64,000 nt of DNA from an uncultured Planctomycetota bacterium. Its GTDB lineage: Bacteria > Planctomycetota > PLA2 > JAEUHO01. Under the pieces are notes generated by a model. It saw only the letters and a program-made list of their open reading frames with translations. It did not search any database and had not been told where the DNA came from. Positions 7,129 through 16,293 of the stretch are shown here, piece after piece. The stretch is from NCBI GenBank assembly GCA_963752285.1, contig CAVVXN010000005.1, positions 1,501,742 to 1,565,741 on the forward strand, in the 5' to 3' direction. Each line of letters starts with the position of its first letter. Within the stretch, counting starts at the first letter, position 1. The position numbers were made by a program, and so were the translations under genes.

Positions 7129-8007
7129 TCAGCGCCAGACGCGGACCTCGAGCTCCAGGTCCACCCCGTGGCGGTCGCGGACGGCCGCGCGCACCTCCTC
7201 GATCAGGCGCAGCACGTCCTCGCCGGAGGCATGCTGGTCGTTCACGATGAAGTTCGCGTGGCGGTCCGAGACCACGGCGCCACCCTCCCGGCGTCCCTTC
7301 AGGCCCGCGGCGTCGATCAGGCGGCCCGCGGAGGTACCCGGCGGGTTCTTGAAGACGCAGCCCGCGCTCCAGGAGGAGAGCGGCTGCGAGCGCTGCTTCT
7401 CCGCGCGCGCCTCGTCGTAGACGCGGCGGAGGAGGACGAGGTCGGCCTGCGGGTCGCGGCGGAACGTCGCGCCGGTGACGAGGGCGTCTCCGAAGGGGCT
7501 TCGTCGGTAGCCGAAGTCGGCGGCGGTGACGCGCCTCGTGAAGCGACGACCGTCCGCGTCCACGGCCTCGACCTCGCGGAGGGCGTCGGCGACGCAGCCG
7601 AACCGTCCGCCCGCGTTCATCGCGACGGCGCCGCCGACGGTCCCGGGGATGCCGGGGCAGCCGGCGAGCGCGGGCACGCCGTGGGAGAGCGCGAGGCGGA
7701 CGAGCGCCGGGAAGGGCACGCCCGCGCCGGCGCGCACGCGGTCGCCCTCGACCTCGACCCGCCGGAGGCGCCGCGTGTCCACGACGGCGCCCGCGAGGGT
7801 CCCCGACAGCACGACGAGGTTCGACCCCCCGCCCAGCGCTCGCCACGGGACGCCGTGCCGGCGGCAGAGGCGCACCGCCTCGGCGGCCTCCTCCGCGGAG
7901 GTCGGCTCGAAGAGCCACTCGGGCGTGCCGCCGACCCGGAGCGAGGTGCGCTCCGCGAGGCGGACCGCGCGGGCGCGGGCCTCAGCGAAGGCGGTCGGCC
8001 AGACCAC
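7129..8007 (-). CDS. murB: UDP-N-acetylenolpyruvoylglucosamine reductase
   Basis: 292 aa, GGGSNLVV, GIPGTVGGAVAMNAG, SAGCVFKNP, HANFIVN. These are MurB motifs. Confidence 0.9.
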   Translation of the reverse strand: MVWPTAFAEARARAVRLAERTSLRVGGTPEWLFEPTSAEEAAEAVRLCRRHGVPWRALGGGSNLVVLSGTLAGAVVDTRRLRRVEVEGDRVRAGAGVPFPALVRLALSHGVPALAGCPGIPGTVGGAVAMNAGGRFGCVADALREVEAVDADGRRFTRRVTAADFGYRRSPFGDALVTGATFRRDPQADLVLLRRVYDEARAEKQRSQPLSSWSAGCVFKNPPGTSAGRLIDAAGLKGRREGGAVVSDRHANFIVNDQHASGEDVLRLIEEVRAAVRDRHGVDLELEVRVWR

Positions 8008-9565
8008 GAGATACCTCGTCCACGTCGCCCGCCCCCATCGTGACGACCACGTCGCCCGGTCGAACGCTCTTCGCGCCGTGCTTCACCACCGCCTGGAGGT
8101 CGGGGAACGAGGTGGCGTGGCCCCTCGCCTCGACGATCCGGGACGCAAGGTCGGCAGACGACACGCTTCTCTGCTCCTCGTCCGTGTCGCGCGCGAAGTA
8201 GATCGGCGCGAGCCACACCTCGTCCGCTTCGGCCAGCGCCGTCGCGAACTCGGGGAGGAGGCGCCGCGTGCGGCTCGCCTGGTGGGGTTGGAACACGACG
8301 ACCAGCCGGCGCCCGGGGTAGCGGCCGCGGAGCGCGCCGAGGGTCGCGCGGATCTCGGCTGGGTGGTGCCCGTAGTCGTCGAGGACGAGCACGCCGCAAA
8401 GGTCCGCGACGCGCTCGAGCCGGCGGCCGACGCCGGGGAAGACCTGGAACGCGCGGGCCACCTCCTCGAGGTCCAGCCCCGCGGCCACGAGCGCGGCGGC
8501 CGCCGCGGCCGCGTCGAGCGCGTAGTGCGCGCCGAGGAGCGGCACCTCCAGGCGCACGGACCGCCGGTCGCGTCGCCGCAGGAGGAACCGCTGGCGATGG
8601 CCCGACGCCGAGGGCTCCGCGTCGAGCACGCGCCAGGTCGCGCCCGCGCCGGTGCCGTGCGTCTCGACGGGTGCGCGGACGCGGGGGTCGCTCTGGAACG
8701 TGGCGCCGTGCGCCTCGCCCACGATGAGCACGCCCTCGCGCGGAACCCGCGCGGCGAACGAGAGGAACGCCTCCTCGATCTCGGCGAGGTCGCGGTAGTA
8801 GTCGAGGTGGTCGAGGTCCACGTTCAGCACGACGCCGACGCGCGGCACGTGCTCGAGAAAGCTCCGGTCGTACTCGCACGCCTCCGCCACGAAGTGCTCG
8901 CCGCGGCCGCTCCGCGCCCCGCTCCCGACGCCCGAGAGCGACCCGCCGATCACGTAGCTCGGGTCGCGGCCCGCGTGGAGGAGGCCCCACGCGACGAGGG
9001 CGGTGGTGGTGGTCTTGCCGTGGCAGCCGGCGATCGAGATGCCGCGGCGGTCGGACATCAGGGCGCCGAGCAGGCGCGCGTACTTCCACGTCGCGATGCC
9101 GCGGCGGCGCGCCTCCTGGAGGCGGGGGTGGGCCAGCGGGACGGCGGCGGAGGCGACGACGAGGTCCACGTCGTCGGGGATCGGCTGGTCGTCCGTACCG
9201 ACCACGACCCCGACGCGGGCCAGGCGTTCGGCCCGCGGGCCGGGAGCGCGGTCGGCCCCGCCCGCGAGGAGGCCGCGCGCGGCGAGGATCTCGGCGACCG
9301 CGCTCATGCCCGCGCCTTCGACGCCCAGGAGCCACACGCGGCGGCTCGCGTCGAGGCCGCCGGCGGCGGCGGCCGGGAGCGGGCCCGGCCCCGGGGGGTC
9401 CGAGCGGGCGGGGGGCGGGTCGGGGGCGGACACGGGGGGCGGCGGCGTCCTCGGGCTCGTCTCGGCGGACAGCATCGGCGGGGAGGACGACATCGTCCTC
9501 GACGTGGACCGGGCGGGAGGGAACGGGGGCTCGTCGGGAGCGCACGGGACTCGATCGACGATCAT
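7982..9565 (-). CDS. murC: UDP-N-acetylmuramate--L-alanine ligase with a Pro-rich N-terminal extension
   Basis: In-frame ATG at 9565 forms an ATGA overlap with the murG stop. Core motifs are GVEGAGMSAVAEIL, IAGCHGKTTTTALV and DDYGHHPAEI. The start could be one of the internal Met codons about 25-30 aa further in. Confidence 0.85.
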   Translation of the reverse strand: MIVDRVPCAPDEPPFPPARSTSRTMSSSPPMLSAETSPRTPPPPVSAPDPPPARSDPPGPGPLPAAAAGGLDASRRVWLLGVEGAGMSAVAEILAARGLLAGGADRAPGPRAERLARVGVVVGTDDQPIPDDVDLVVASAAVPLAHPRLQEARRRGIATWKYARLLGALMSDRRGISIAGCHGKTTTTALVAWGLLHAGRDPSYVIGGSLSGVGSGARSGRGEHFVAEACEYDRSFLEHVPRVGVVLNVDLDHLDYYRDLAEIEEAFLSFAARVPREGVLIVGEAHGATFQSDPRVRAPVETHGTGAGATWRVLDAEPSASGHRQRFLLRRRDRRSVRLEVPLLGAHYALDAAAAAAALVAAGLDLEEVARAFQVFPGVGRRLERVADLCGVLVLDDYGHHPAEIRATLGALRGRYPGRRLVVVFQPHQASRTRRLLPEFATALAEADEVWLAPIYFARDTDEEQRSVSSADLASRIVEARGHATSFPDLQAVVKHGAKSVRPGDVVVTMGAGDVDEVSRGLADRLR

Positions 9566-10704
9566 GCAGGGGCACCTCGGTCCCGGGCGGCAGAGGGGAC
9601 CCTCCCTCCGATCGATCGGACGAGATCGGCGGCGACTCGACCGGCACCGCCACGCGGGGACCGCGGCGCCCGCGCGGACATCTCGCGCCGGCGCGCGTGG
9701 TCCAGGAGGAGCGGCACGACGTCCCTCGCGACGCGCTCCGGCGAGAGGTCCTTCTCGTCGAGCAAGACCGCGGCGCCCGGCGCCACCAGCCGCCGGGCGT
9801 TCTCGTACTGCTGGCGGTCGGCGTGGTGCGGGTACGGCACCAGGACGGCCGGAACGCGGGTCGCCTCGAGTTCCTGGACGGTGAGCGCGCCCCCGCGGCA
9901 GACGACCAGGTCCGCGGTGGCGTACGCCACGTCCATGTCGGCCACGAACGGGACGACGCGGTGGGGCACGCGCGCGGCCCGGTAGGCCGCCTCGACGCCC
10001 TCGCCGCTCCCGCCGACCTGGTGGAGCACCTGGATCCGCGCGCCGAGGGACGGGTCGGCTCGGGCGGCGAGGAGGACGCCCTCGGAGAGCGCGACGTTCA
10101 ACGCGCGCGCGCCGAGGCTCCCGCCGGTCACGAGGAGGGTCAGGCGTCCGGGCACGAGCCCGAAGCGCGAGGGATCGCAAAGCCCGTGGCCGATCCGCCC
10201 CCGGAGGATCGGGCCGACGACCGTGGTGTGGACCCGCGCCGGCAGCGCCGCGCGCGCCTCGGCGCGGGCGAGGTACACGCGGCGCGCGAGCGGAGCGAGC
10301 AGCCGGACGGCGGCCCCCGGGCGTTCGTCGGACGCGAGGAGGTCGAGGGGGACGCGGCGGAGCCAGGCGGCCAGGGCCAGGGGCACGCACGGCCAGCCGC
10401 CGAGCGCGACCACGGCGCGGGGTCGGACCCGCGCGAGGAGCCGCGTCGCGGCCACGACCGCGCCGACCAGCCGGGGCGCGAAGAGGGCGAGGGGCACGGG
10501 GCGGCGCACGAGCCGCGGCGCGGCCGAACGGTAGCGCGTCTCGCCCGGCGGGAACCATGCCGCCTCCGACGCGGTCCCCGGCGTCGCGAACGCCGCCGTG
10601 GCCCCGATCCGCCGCAGCGCGTCCGCGACCGCGAACCCGGGCGCGAGGTGCCCGACGGTCCCTCCGCCCACGAACAAGACGTCGATCGGCACGGGTGTCC
10701 CCAC
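9562..10704 (-). CDS. murG: Undecaprenyldiphospho-muramoylpentapeptide beta-N-acetylglucosaminyltransferase
   Basis: 380 aa, FVGGGTVGHLAPGFAVADAL, TGGSLGA, ADLVVCRGGALTVQELE. These are MurG motifs. Confidence 0.9.
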   Translation of the reverse strand: MGTPVPIDVLFVGGGTVGHLAPGFAVADALRRIGATAAFATPGTASEAAWFPPGETRYRSAAPRLVRRPVPLALFAPRLVGAVVAATRLLARVRPRAVVALGGWPCVPLALAAWLRRVPLDLLASDERPGAAVRLLAPLARRVYLARAEARAALPARVHTTVVGPILRGRIGHGLCDPSRFGLVPGRLTLLVTGGSLGARALNVALSEGVLLAARADPSLGARIQVLHQVGGSGEGVEAAYRAARVPHRVVPFVADMDVAYATADLVVCRGGALTVQELEATRVPAVLVPYPHHADRQQYENARRLVAPGAAVLLDEKDLSPERVARDVVPLLLDHARRREMSARAPRSPRGGAGRVAADLVRSIGGRVPSAARDRGAPA

Positions 10705-10764
10705 GCGGTGCCCGTCCTTCGTATCACGCGGCGCGCCGCGGGGGGCGCGGGCGGCCGAGCGTGG

Positions 10765-11928
10765 TCAGGACCAGGGCTCGTCGCCCGCGGCGGCGGCCGT
10801 GCGGCGCGCGACGTTCACCAGGAGGCCGACGGCGATCGAGACGACGATCAGGTTGCTCCCACCCTTCGAGAGGAACGGGAGCGGGATGCCCTTCGTCGGG
10901 GCGACGTCGGTTACGACGGCGACGTTGATCAGCGCCTGGAACGCGACGACGAACACGGCGGCCGCCGCGAGGTACGAGGCGAAGGGACCGACGACGCGCG
11001 CGTACCACGCGAGCCGACTGCCGAACCACGTGAAGAGCATGAACGCGACGAGCACGGCGGCGCAGCCGAGGAAGCCCAGCTCCTCGCCGATGAGCGCGAA
11101 CACGAAGTCGGTGTGGATCTCGGGCACGAACCCGAGCTTCTGCGTGCCGGCCCCGAGGCCCACGCCCAGGAGCCCGCCGCTCCCGATGGCGACGAGCGCC
11201 TCGTGCACCTGGACCCCCGTGCCCGCGAGGCGCTCGCGCACGTGCGCGAAACGCGTGTAGGCGTAGAAGAGCAGGACCGGGGTGGCGGTGACGGCGAAGG
11301 GGATCACCCGCGTCGGGCGGATCCCGGCGAGGGCGAGGAGCACCGCCGCCTCCGCCACCACGAAGAGCGACGTGCCGAGGTCGGGCTCGAGGAGGACGAG
11401 CGCGGCGCCGAGGCCCACGGGGGCGAGGAGCGCGCCGAGCGGCGGCGAGGAGCCGAAGCGGACGTCCTCCTCGCGCCGGGCGAGGCGCTCGGCGAGGTAG
11501 AGGGCGAGCGCCAGCTTCAGCACCTCGCTCGGCTGGATCGAGAACCCCGCGATTCGGATCCAGCGGGTCGCTCCGTTGCTCGTGTGCCCCGCCACGAGGA
11601 CGAAGGCGAGGACCACGAGCACGGTCGCGAGCCCCGGCACCGCGACGCGGCGAAGCCACTCGAGCGGCACGGCGCTCGCGGCCCACCCGGCCAGCGCGGC
11701 GAGGAACACCCACTGGAGCTGCGTCGCGAGCAGGAAGTTCGCGTCGCCGCTCGGGTGGCCCGTGAGACCTCGGACGCTGCTCCACGAGTACAGCATCACG
11801 AAGCCCAGGACCGTGAGCCCCACGGCCATCGCGAGAACGATGCGGCCGGCCGCGAGCGCGAGGCGCCCGACGGCGGCGCGCGGGCGCAGCATGTCGAACG
11901 CGGCGGGGGTCGAGAGCGCGTGCGCCAC
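10765..11928 (-). CDS. ftsW: SEDS-family peptidoglycan glycosyltransferase FtsW
   Basis: 387 aa and polytopic. IQPSEVLKLALALYLA, EPDLGT, THTDFVFALIGEELGFLG and LPFLSKGGSNL are FtsW/RodA motifs. In the dcw position. Confidence 0.9.
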   Translation of the reverse strand: MAHALSTPAAFDMLRPRAAVGRLALAAGRIVLAMAVGLTVLGFVMLYSWSSVRGLTGHPSGDANFLLATQLQWVFLAALAGWAASAVPLEWLRRVAVPGLATVLVVLAFVLVAGHTSNGATRWIRIAGFSIQPSEVLKLALALYLAERLARREEDVRFGSSPPLGALLAPVGLGAALVLLEPDLGTSLFVVAEAAVLLALAGIRPTRVIPFAVTATPVLLFYAYTRFAHVRERLAGTGVQVHEALVAIGSGGLLGVGLGAGTQKLGFVPEIHTDFVFALIGEELGFLGCAAVLVAFMLFTWFGSRLAWYARVVGPFASYLAAAAVFVVAFQALINVAVVTDVAPTKGIPLPFLSKGGSNLIVVSIAVGLLVNVARRTAAAAGDEPWS

Positions 11929-11934
11929 GCGGGG

Positions 11935-13311
11935 TCACCTCATCTTGAGAGAAGCCAACGCGGCCAGCACGCAGATCACGGAGACGATCCAGAACCGGAC
12001 CGTTACCTTGTTCTCGTGCCATCCCAGGTGCTGGTAGTGGTGGTGGAGGGGCGCGCAACGGAACCAACGCCGACCCGTCGCGGCGGGGTCGCCTCGGCGG
12101 CGGGCCGCGCGGCGGGTCCCCTTGAACCACGTGCGCTGCCAGATCACGGAACCCGCCTCCGCGACGAAGAGCCCGCCCGCGAGGGCGAGCGTGAGCTCGT
12201 GGCGGAGCGCCACCGCGAGCACGCCGAGGATGCCCCCGATCGAGAGCGAGCCCGTGTCGCCCATGATCACCTCGGCGGGATAGGAGTTGAACCAGAGGAA
12301 CCCCATCGCCCCGCCGGCGAGCGCCGCCGCGATCACGGCGAGCTCGCCGGCCTCGGGCACGTAGAAGAGCTGGAGCTCGCCCGAGAAGTCCACGCGCCCG
12401 ACGACGTACGCGATCGTCGCGAAGGCGAGGGCCACCGTGCCGGTGACGCCGATCGCGAGGCCGTCGAGGCCGTCGGTCAGGTTCACCGCGTTGCTCGCGC
12501 CGACGATCACGAGGATGCCGAGGGGGATGAACAGGAGGCCGAGGTCGATCGCGACGCCCTTGAAGAAAGGCACCTGCAGGTCCGCGCGGTGGTGGTCCCG
12601 GGGGTCGGGCCACGGCCGGGGCACCTGGATCTCGCGTCCCACCGGCGGGTCGTACGCGCGCCCCTCCGGCGTCACCATCCGGTTGTAGCGCGCGAGCTCG
12701 AGCGCGCGCCCGGGGCTGCCGAGCGTCGAGGCCGCGAGCGATGCCCACGTGGCGCCGGGCCCCACCGGCACGTGCGTCGTCCACGCGGCGTAGGGATTCG
12801 GCTTCACGCGGGGGCCGCGAAACGCCGGGAGCTGGTCGTCGGCGCTGCCCAGGCCGTACAGCGCCGCGATCGTCACGAACGCGATCGCGAGCTGTCCCCC
12901 GAGCTTCTGCGCCTCCTTCATCCCGGGTGAGCGGGGATCCCTCAGCTTCTTGAAGTCGTCGAGCGCGCCGAGGACGCCGAAGGCGAGGAACGAGAGGATC
13001 ACGATCCACGTGTATGCGTTGTCGAGCCGCGCGAAGAGCAGCGAGGACAGCCCCACGCCCACCAGGAGGATCACGCCGCCCATCGTCGGCACGGACGCCT
13101 TGCGCTGGCGCTCGGCGTCCACCTTCGCGTCGCCGGTCGTGACGAAGCCCTGGACCTTCTTCCGCTTCAGGGCCTCGACGACACCGGGCCCTACGACCGT
13201 GGCGATCAGGAACGCGAGGATCGCGGCGAAGGCCGCGCGGAAGGTGATGTACGAGAAGAGCCGAAACCCCGACACGACCTCCTTCAGCGGAACGAACAGG
13301 TGGTAGAACAT
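11935..13311 (-). CDS. mraY: Phospho-N-acetylmuramoyl-pentapeptide transferase with a ~90-aa inserted domain
   Basis: 458 aa, compared with about 360 aa for the E. coli MraY as I recall it. Motifs TMGG, LGALDDFKK, NAVNLTDGLDGLA, FMGDTGSL-like (IMGDTGSLSIGG) and APLHHHYQHLGW. The extra segment (aa ~156-245) falls between FVTIAALYGLG and VPFFKGV. Confidence 0.9.
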   Translation of the reverse strand: MFYHLFVPLKEVVSGFRLFSYITFRAAFAAILAFLIATVVGPGVVEALKRKKVQGFVTTGDAKVDAERQRKASVPTMGGVILLVGVGLSSLLFARLDNAYTWIVILSFLAFGVLGALDDFKKLRDPRSPGMKEAQKLGGQLAIAFVTIAALYGLGSADDQLPAFRGPRVKPNPYAAWTTHVPVGPGATWASLAASTLGSPGRALELARYNRMVTPEGRAYDPPVGREIQVPRPWPDPRDHHRADLQVPFFKGVAIDLGLLFIPLGILVIVGASNAVNLTDGLDGLAIGVTGTVALAFATIAYVVGRVDFSGELQLFYVPEAGELAVIAAALAGGAMGFLWFNSYPAEVIMGDTGSLSIGGILGVLAVALRHELTLALAGGLFVAEAGSVIWQRTWFKGTRRAARRRGDPAATGRRWFRCAPLHHHYQHLGWHENKVTVRFWIVSVICVLAALASLKMR

Positions 13312-13333
13312 GCGGGGTTTGGGGTTCTGCCGC

Positions 13334-14776
13334 TCAGGCGCGCCGGTCTCCGATGCGGGGAGAGCTCAGGGCTTCGCCCGCCGCCTCGGCGAGCGACTCC
13401 TCGACGTGCTGGACGAGGCGCTCGAGCGCGAGACCGCGCGAGGCCTTGAACAGCCACGCGTCGCCCGGCTTCGGCACGAACGGCAGCACCTCGAGCGCCG
13501 CCTCGACGGTCGGGTGCCACGCCACCGAGCCCGCCGGCATCCCGATCGCGTGCGCGGCGCGCGCCACCGTCTCGGCGTGGCGCCCTACCGCCCAGAGCAG
13601 GTCGATCTTCGCGTTCGCGATCTTGCGGCCGAGGGACTCGTGGTGGGCTTGGGCCTCGTCCCCGAGCTCGAGCATGTCGCCGACCACGGCCACGCGCCGC
13701 CCCGAGCAGGGCCGCGCGGACAGCTCGAGGATCGCCGCCTCCATGCTGCGGGGGTTCGCGTTGTACGCGTCGTTCACGAGCGTCACGTCGGAGATCACCT
13801 GGCGGCTCATCCGCATCGGCGGCGCCTCGTAGCGCGTGAGGGCCTGCTGGATCTCCACGGGCTCCTGGCCGAGCCAGAGGCCGACCGCCACCGCCGCCAA
13901 CGCGTTGGCGACGTTGTGCATGCCGAGGGACGGGACCTCCATCGCCATGCGCCCGTACAGGTAGAAGCCGATGCCGTCGGGCGTCGCGTACGCGTTCGTG
14001 CCGTACACGTCCGCGTCCTCCCAGGTCCCGTAGGTGACGAGGTGACAGGCGACGCTCTCCATCGCCTCCCGGCACCAGTAGTTGTCGGCGTTCAGGACGG
14101 CCGCGCCGTCGTCGGGGAGGCTCGCGAAGAGGTTCGACTTCTCCTCCATCACCCCGCGCACCGTCTTCAGCCCCTCCAGGTGCGCGTGCTCGACGTTCGT
14201 CAGGACCCCCACCGTCGGGCGCGCGATGCCCGCGAGGTACGCGATCTCGCCGGGCGCGTTCGTGCCGATCTCGACGACGCAGGCGCGGCTCTCGGTGCTC
14301 ATCTCGAGGAGGGTCAGCGGCACCCCGATCTCGTTGTTGTACGAGGCGCGGCTCGCCACGACGTCCGCGCCGAGCACGTGCCGGATCATCTCCTTGACGG
14401 TCGTCTTGCCGCAGGACCCGGTGACGCCGACGACCGGCACGTCGAACTGGCTGCGGTACCAACGGGCGAGGTCTCCGAGCGCGCGCGTCGTGTCCCGCAC
14501 GACGACGACGTTGGCGGGCGTGCGGGCGAAGTCCGCGTCGCGCGCGGCGAGCGAGAACGCGGCGCCCGCGAGGAACGCCTTCTCGACGAACGCGTGGGCG
14601 TCGTGGCGCTTGCCCCGGATCGGGACGAAGAGCGAGCCGGCCGGCACCTCCCGGCTGTCGATCGTGACGGCGGGGATGAGCGGATCGCCCTCCACCGGGC
14701 CGGCGAGGTGTCCGCCGGTCGCGCGCAGCAGGTCGGAGAGTCGGATCGGTTGCATGGTGGCCCTCGCTTCGTTCAT
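13334..14776 (-). CDS. murF: UDP-N-acetylmuramoyl-tripeptide--D-alanyl-D-alanine ligase
   Basis: In-frame ATG at 14776 forms an ATGA overlap with the murE stop. Motifs VGVTGSCGKTTVKEM and NDAYNANPRSMEAAI. 480 aa. Confidence 0.9.
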   Translation of the reverse strand: MNEARATMQPIRLSDLLRATGGHLAGPVEGDPLIPAVTIDSREVPAGSLFVPIRGKRHDAHAFVEKAFLAGAAFSLAARDADFARTPANVVVVRDTTRALGDLARWYRSQFDVPVVGVTGSCGKTTVKEMIRHVLGADVVASRASYNNEIGVPLTLLEMSTESRACVVEIGTNAPGEIAYLAGIARPTVGVLTNVEHAHLEGLKTVRGVMEEKSNLFASLPDDGAAVLNADNYWCREAMESVACHLVTYGTWEDADVYGTNAYATPDGIGFYLYGRMAMEVPSLGMHNVANALAAVAVGLWLGQEPVEIQQALTRYEAPPMRMSRQVISDVTLVNDAYNANPRSMEAAILELSARPCSGRRVAVVGDMLELGDEAQAHHESLGRKIANAKIDLLWAVGRHAETVARAAHAIGMPAGSVAWHPTVEAALEVLPFVPKPGDAWLFKASRGLALERLVQHVEESLAEAAGEALSSPRIGDRRA

Positions 14777-16293
14777 CCGCCTCGGGAACGCGCGGCGCCT
14801 CGGACGGCGCGGAGGCGGAGCGCGGCGCGCACCTCCTCCGCGTCGTCGAAGGGCACCGTCCGCGTGCCCAGGATCTGGTACGTCTCGTGGCCCTTGCCCG
14901 CGACGAGCACGGTCCCGCCCGGGGGCGCCTCGCGGATCGCCCGCTGGATGGCCTCGCGCCGGTCCACGATCTCGGTCACGTGCACGGACGCGCCGGGCGT
15001 CAGGCCCGCGCGCATCTCCGCGAGGATGGCCGAGGGGTCCTCGGTCCGTGGGTTGTCGCTGGTCAGGAGCACGCGATCGCTCGCCTCGGCCGCGGCCCGC
15101 GCCATGCGCGGCCGCTTCGTGCGGTCGCGGTCGCCGCCGCACCCGACGACGGTGGTCAGGTGCTCGGCGCCGACCTCGCGCAGGAAGAGGAGCACGGCGC
15201 GGAGCGCCTCCTCGGTGTGCGCGTAGTCCACGAACACCGTGAGGTCGCCGGCCGGCTGCACGCGCTCGAGGCGCCCCGGCACGCCCGCGAGCGACGCGGC
15301 GCCACGCGCGGCGAGGGCCGGGTCTACGCCGAGCGCGCGGGCGGCGCCCACGGCGCACGCGAGGTTGATCGCGTTGTGCCTCCCGACGAGCGGCGTCTCG
15401 ACCTCGATCTCGACCTCGCCGTCCACGCGGAGCGTGAACGCGGTGCCCGAGAGCGAGAGACGTACGTTCCCGACCGCGAGGTCGGCGTCGGGTCCTGTCC
15501 CGACGGTGAGGACGCGCGCGGGCGTCATGCCCACCAGGGAACGGCCGCGCGCGTCGTCCACGACGAGGACCGCGGTCGCCGACACGTCGAGCGCGGTGAA
15601 GAGGCGGGCCTTCGCCCGGAAGTACGCGTCCTCGTCGGCGTGGTAGTCGAGGTGGTCGCGGCCGAGGTTCGTGAAGACGCCGGCAGAGAAGGAGAGGCCC
15701 GCGACGCGACCCTGGTCGAGCGCGTGGCTCGACACCTCGAGGACCGCCGCTCGGCTCCCCGCGTCCGTCGCGGCCGCGAGGAGACGGCGGAGCTCGAGCA
15801 GTCCGGGCGTCGTGTTGTGCGCGGGTCGCCGGTCGCCCGGCGCGATCTCGTGCGCGACGGTGCCCAGCACGCTCGTCGGGACCCCGGCCCCGCGCAGCGC
15901 GGCGGCCGTCAGCCAGGCGGTCGTCGTCTTGCCCTTGGTGCCGGTGACGCCGACGAGCGACGTCGTGGTCTCGGGTCGTCCGTAGACGTGCTCCGCCGCG
16001 GCGAGGAGCGCGGCCTCCACGTCGGGGACGCGCAGGTGGGGCACGGAGACGGGGAGGTCCACGTCCGTCACGACGAACGCCGCGCCGCGGTCGAGCGCGT
16101 CCTTCGCGTGGTCGAGCCCGTCGCCGCCTGGCCCGCGCCGGGCGACGAAGAGCTGGCCCGCCTCCACGCGGCGCGAGTCGTCCTCGACCCCCGTCGCCCG
16201 GCGGTCGGGCGGGGTCGCCACGAGCCGTCCGCCGAGCGCCTCGGCCCACGCGGCCGCGGTCGCCGGAGCGCGTTCCTGTGCGCGCACGGTCAC
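14773..16293 (-). CDS. murE: UDP-N-acetylmuramoyl-L-alanyl-D-glutamate--2,6-diaminopimelate ligase
   Basis: In-frame GTG at 16293 forms a GTGA overlap with the ftsI stop. Motifs VGVTGTKGKTTT, DYAHTEEAL and GCGGDRDRTKRP. The SDNPRTEDP (DNPR) motif is associated with meso-DAP specificity. Confidence 0.9.
   Translation of the reverse strand: MTVRAQERAPATAAAWAEALGGRLVATPPDRRATGVEDDSRRVEAGQLFVARRGPGGDGLDHAKDALDRGAAFVVTDVDLPVSVPHLRVPDVEAALLAAAEHVYGRPETTTSLVGVTGTKGKTTTAWLTAAALRGAGVPTSVLGTVAHEIAPGDRRPAHNTTPGLLELRRLLAAATDAGSRAAVLEVSSHALDQGRVAGLSFSAGVFTNLGRDHLDYHADEDAYFRAKARLFTALDVSATAVLVVDDARGRSLVGMTPARVLTVGTGPDADLAVGNVRLSLSGTAFTLRVDGEVEIEVETPLVGRHNAINLACAVGAARALGVDPALAARGAASLAGVPGRLERVQPAGDLTVFVDYAHTEEALRAVLLFLREVGAEHLTTVVGCGGDRDRTKRPRMARAAAEASDRVLLTSDNPRTEDPSAILAEMRAGLTPGASVHVTEIVDRREAIQRAIREAPPGGTVLVAGKGHETYQILGTRTVPFDDAEEVRAALRLRAVRGAARSRGG

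Noticed and set aside
11929-11934. Possibility that murD or ddl is hidden in an alternative frame of the dcw cluster.
   Set aside because: The mraY-ftsW gap is 6 nt and the murB-ftsQ gap is 66 nt. The flanking ORFs are fully accounted for by their own family motifs, and MurC has no Ddl-like C-terminal extension.
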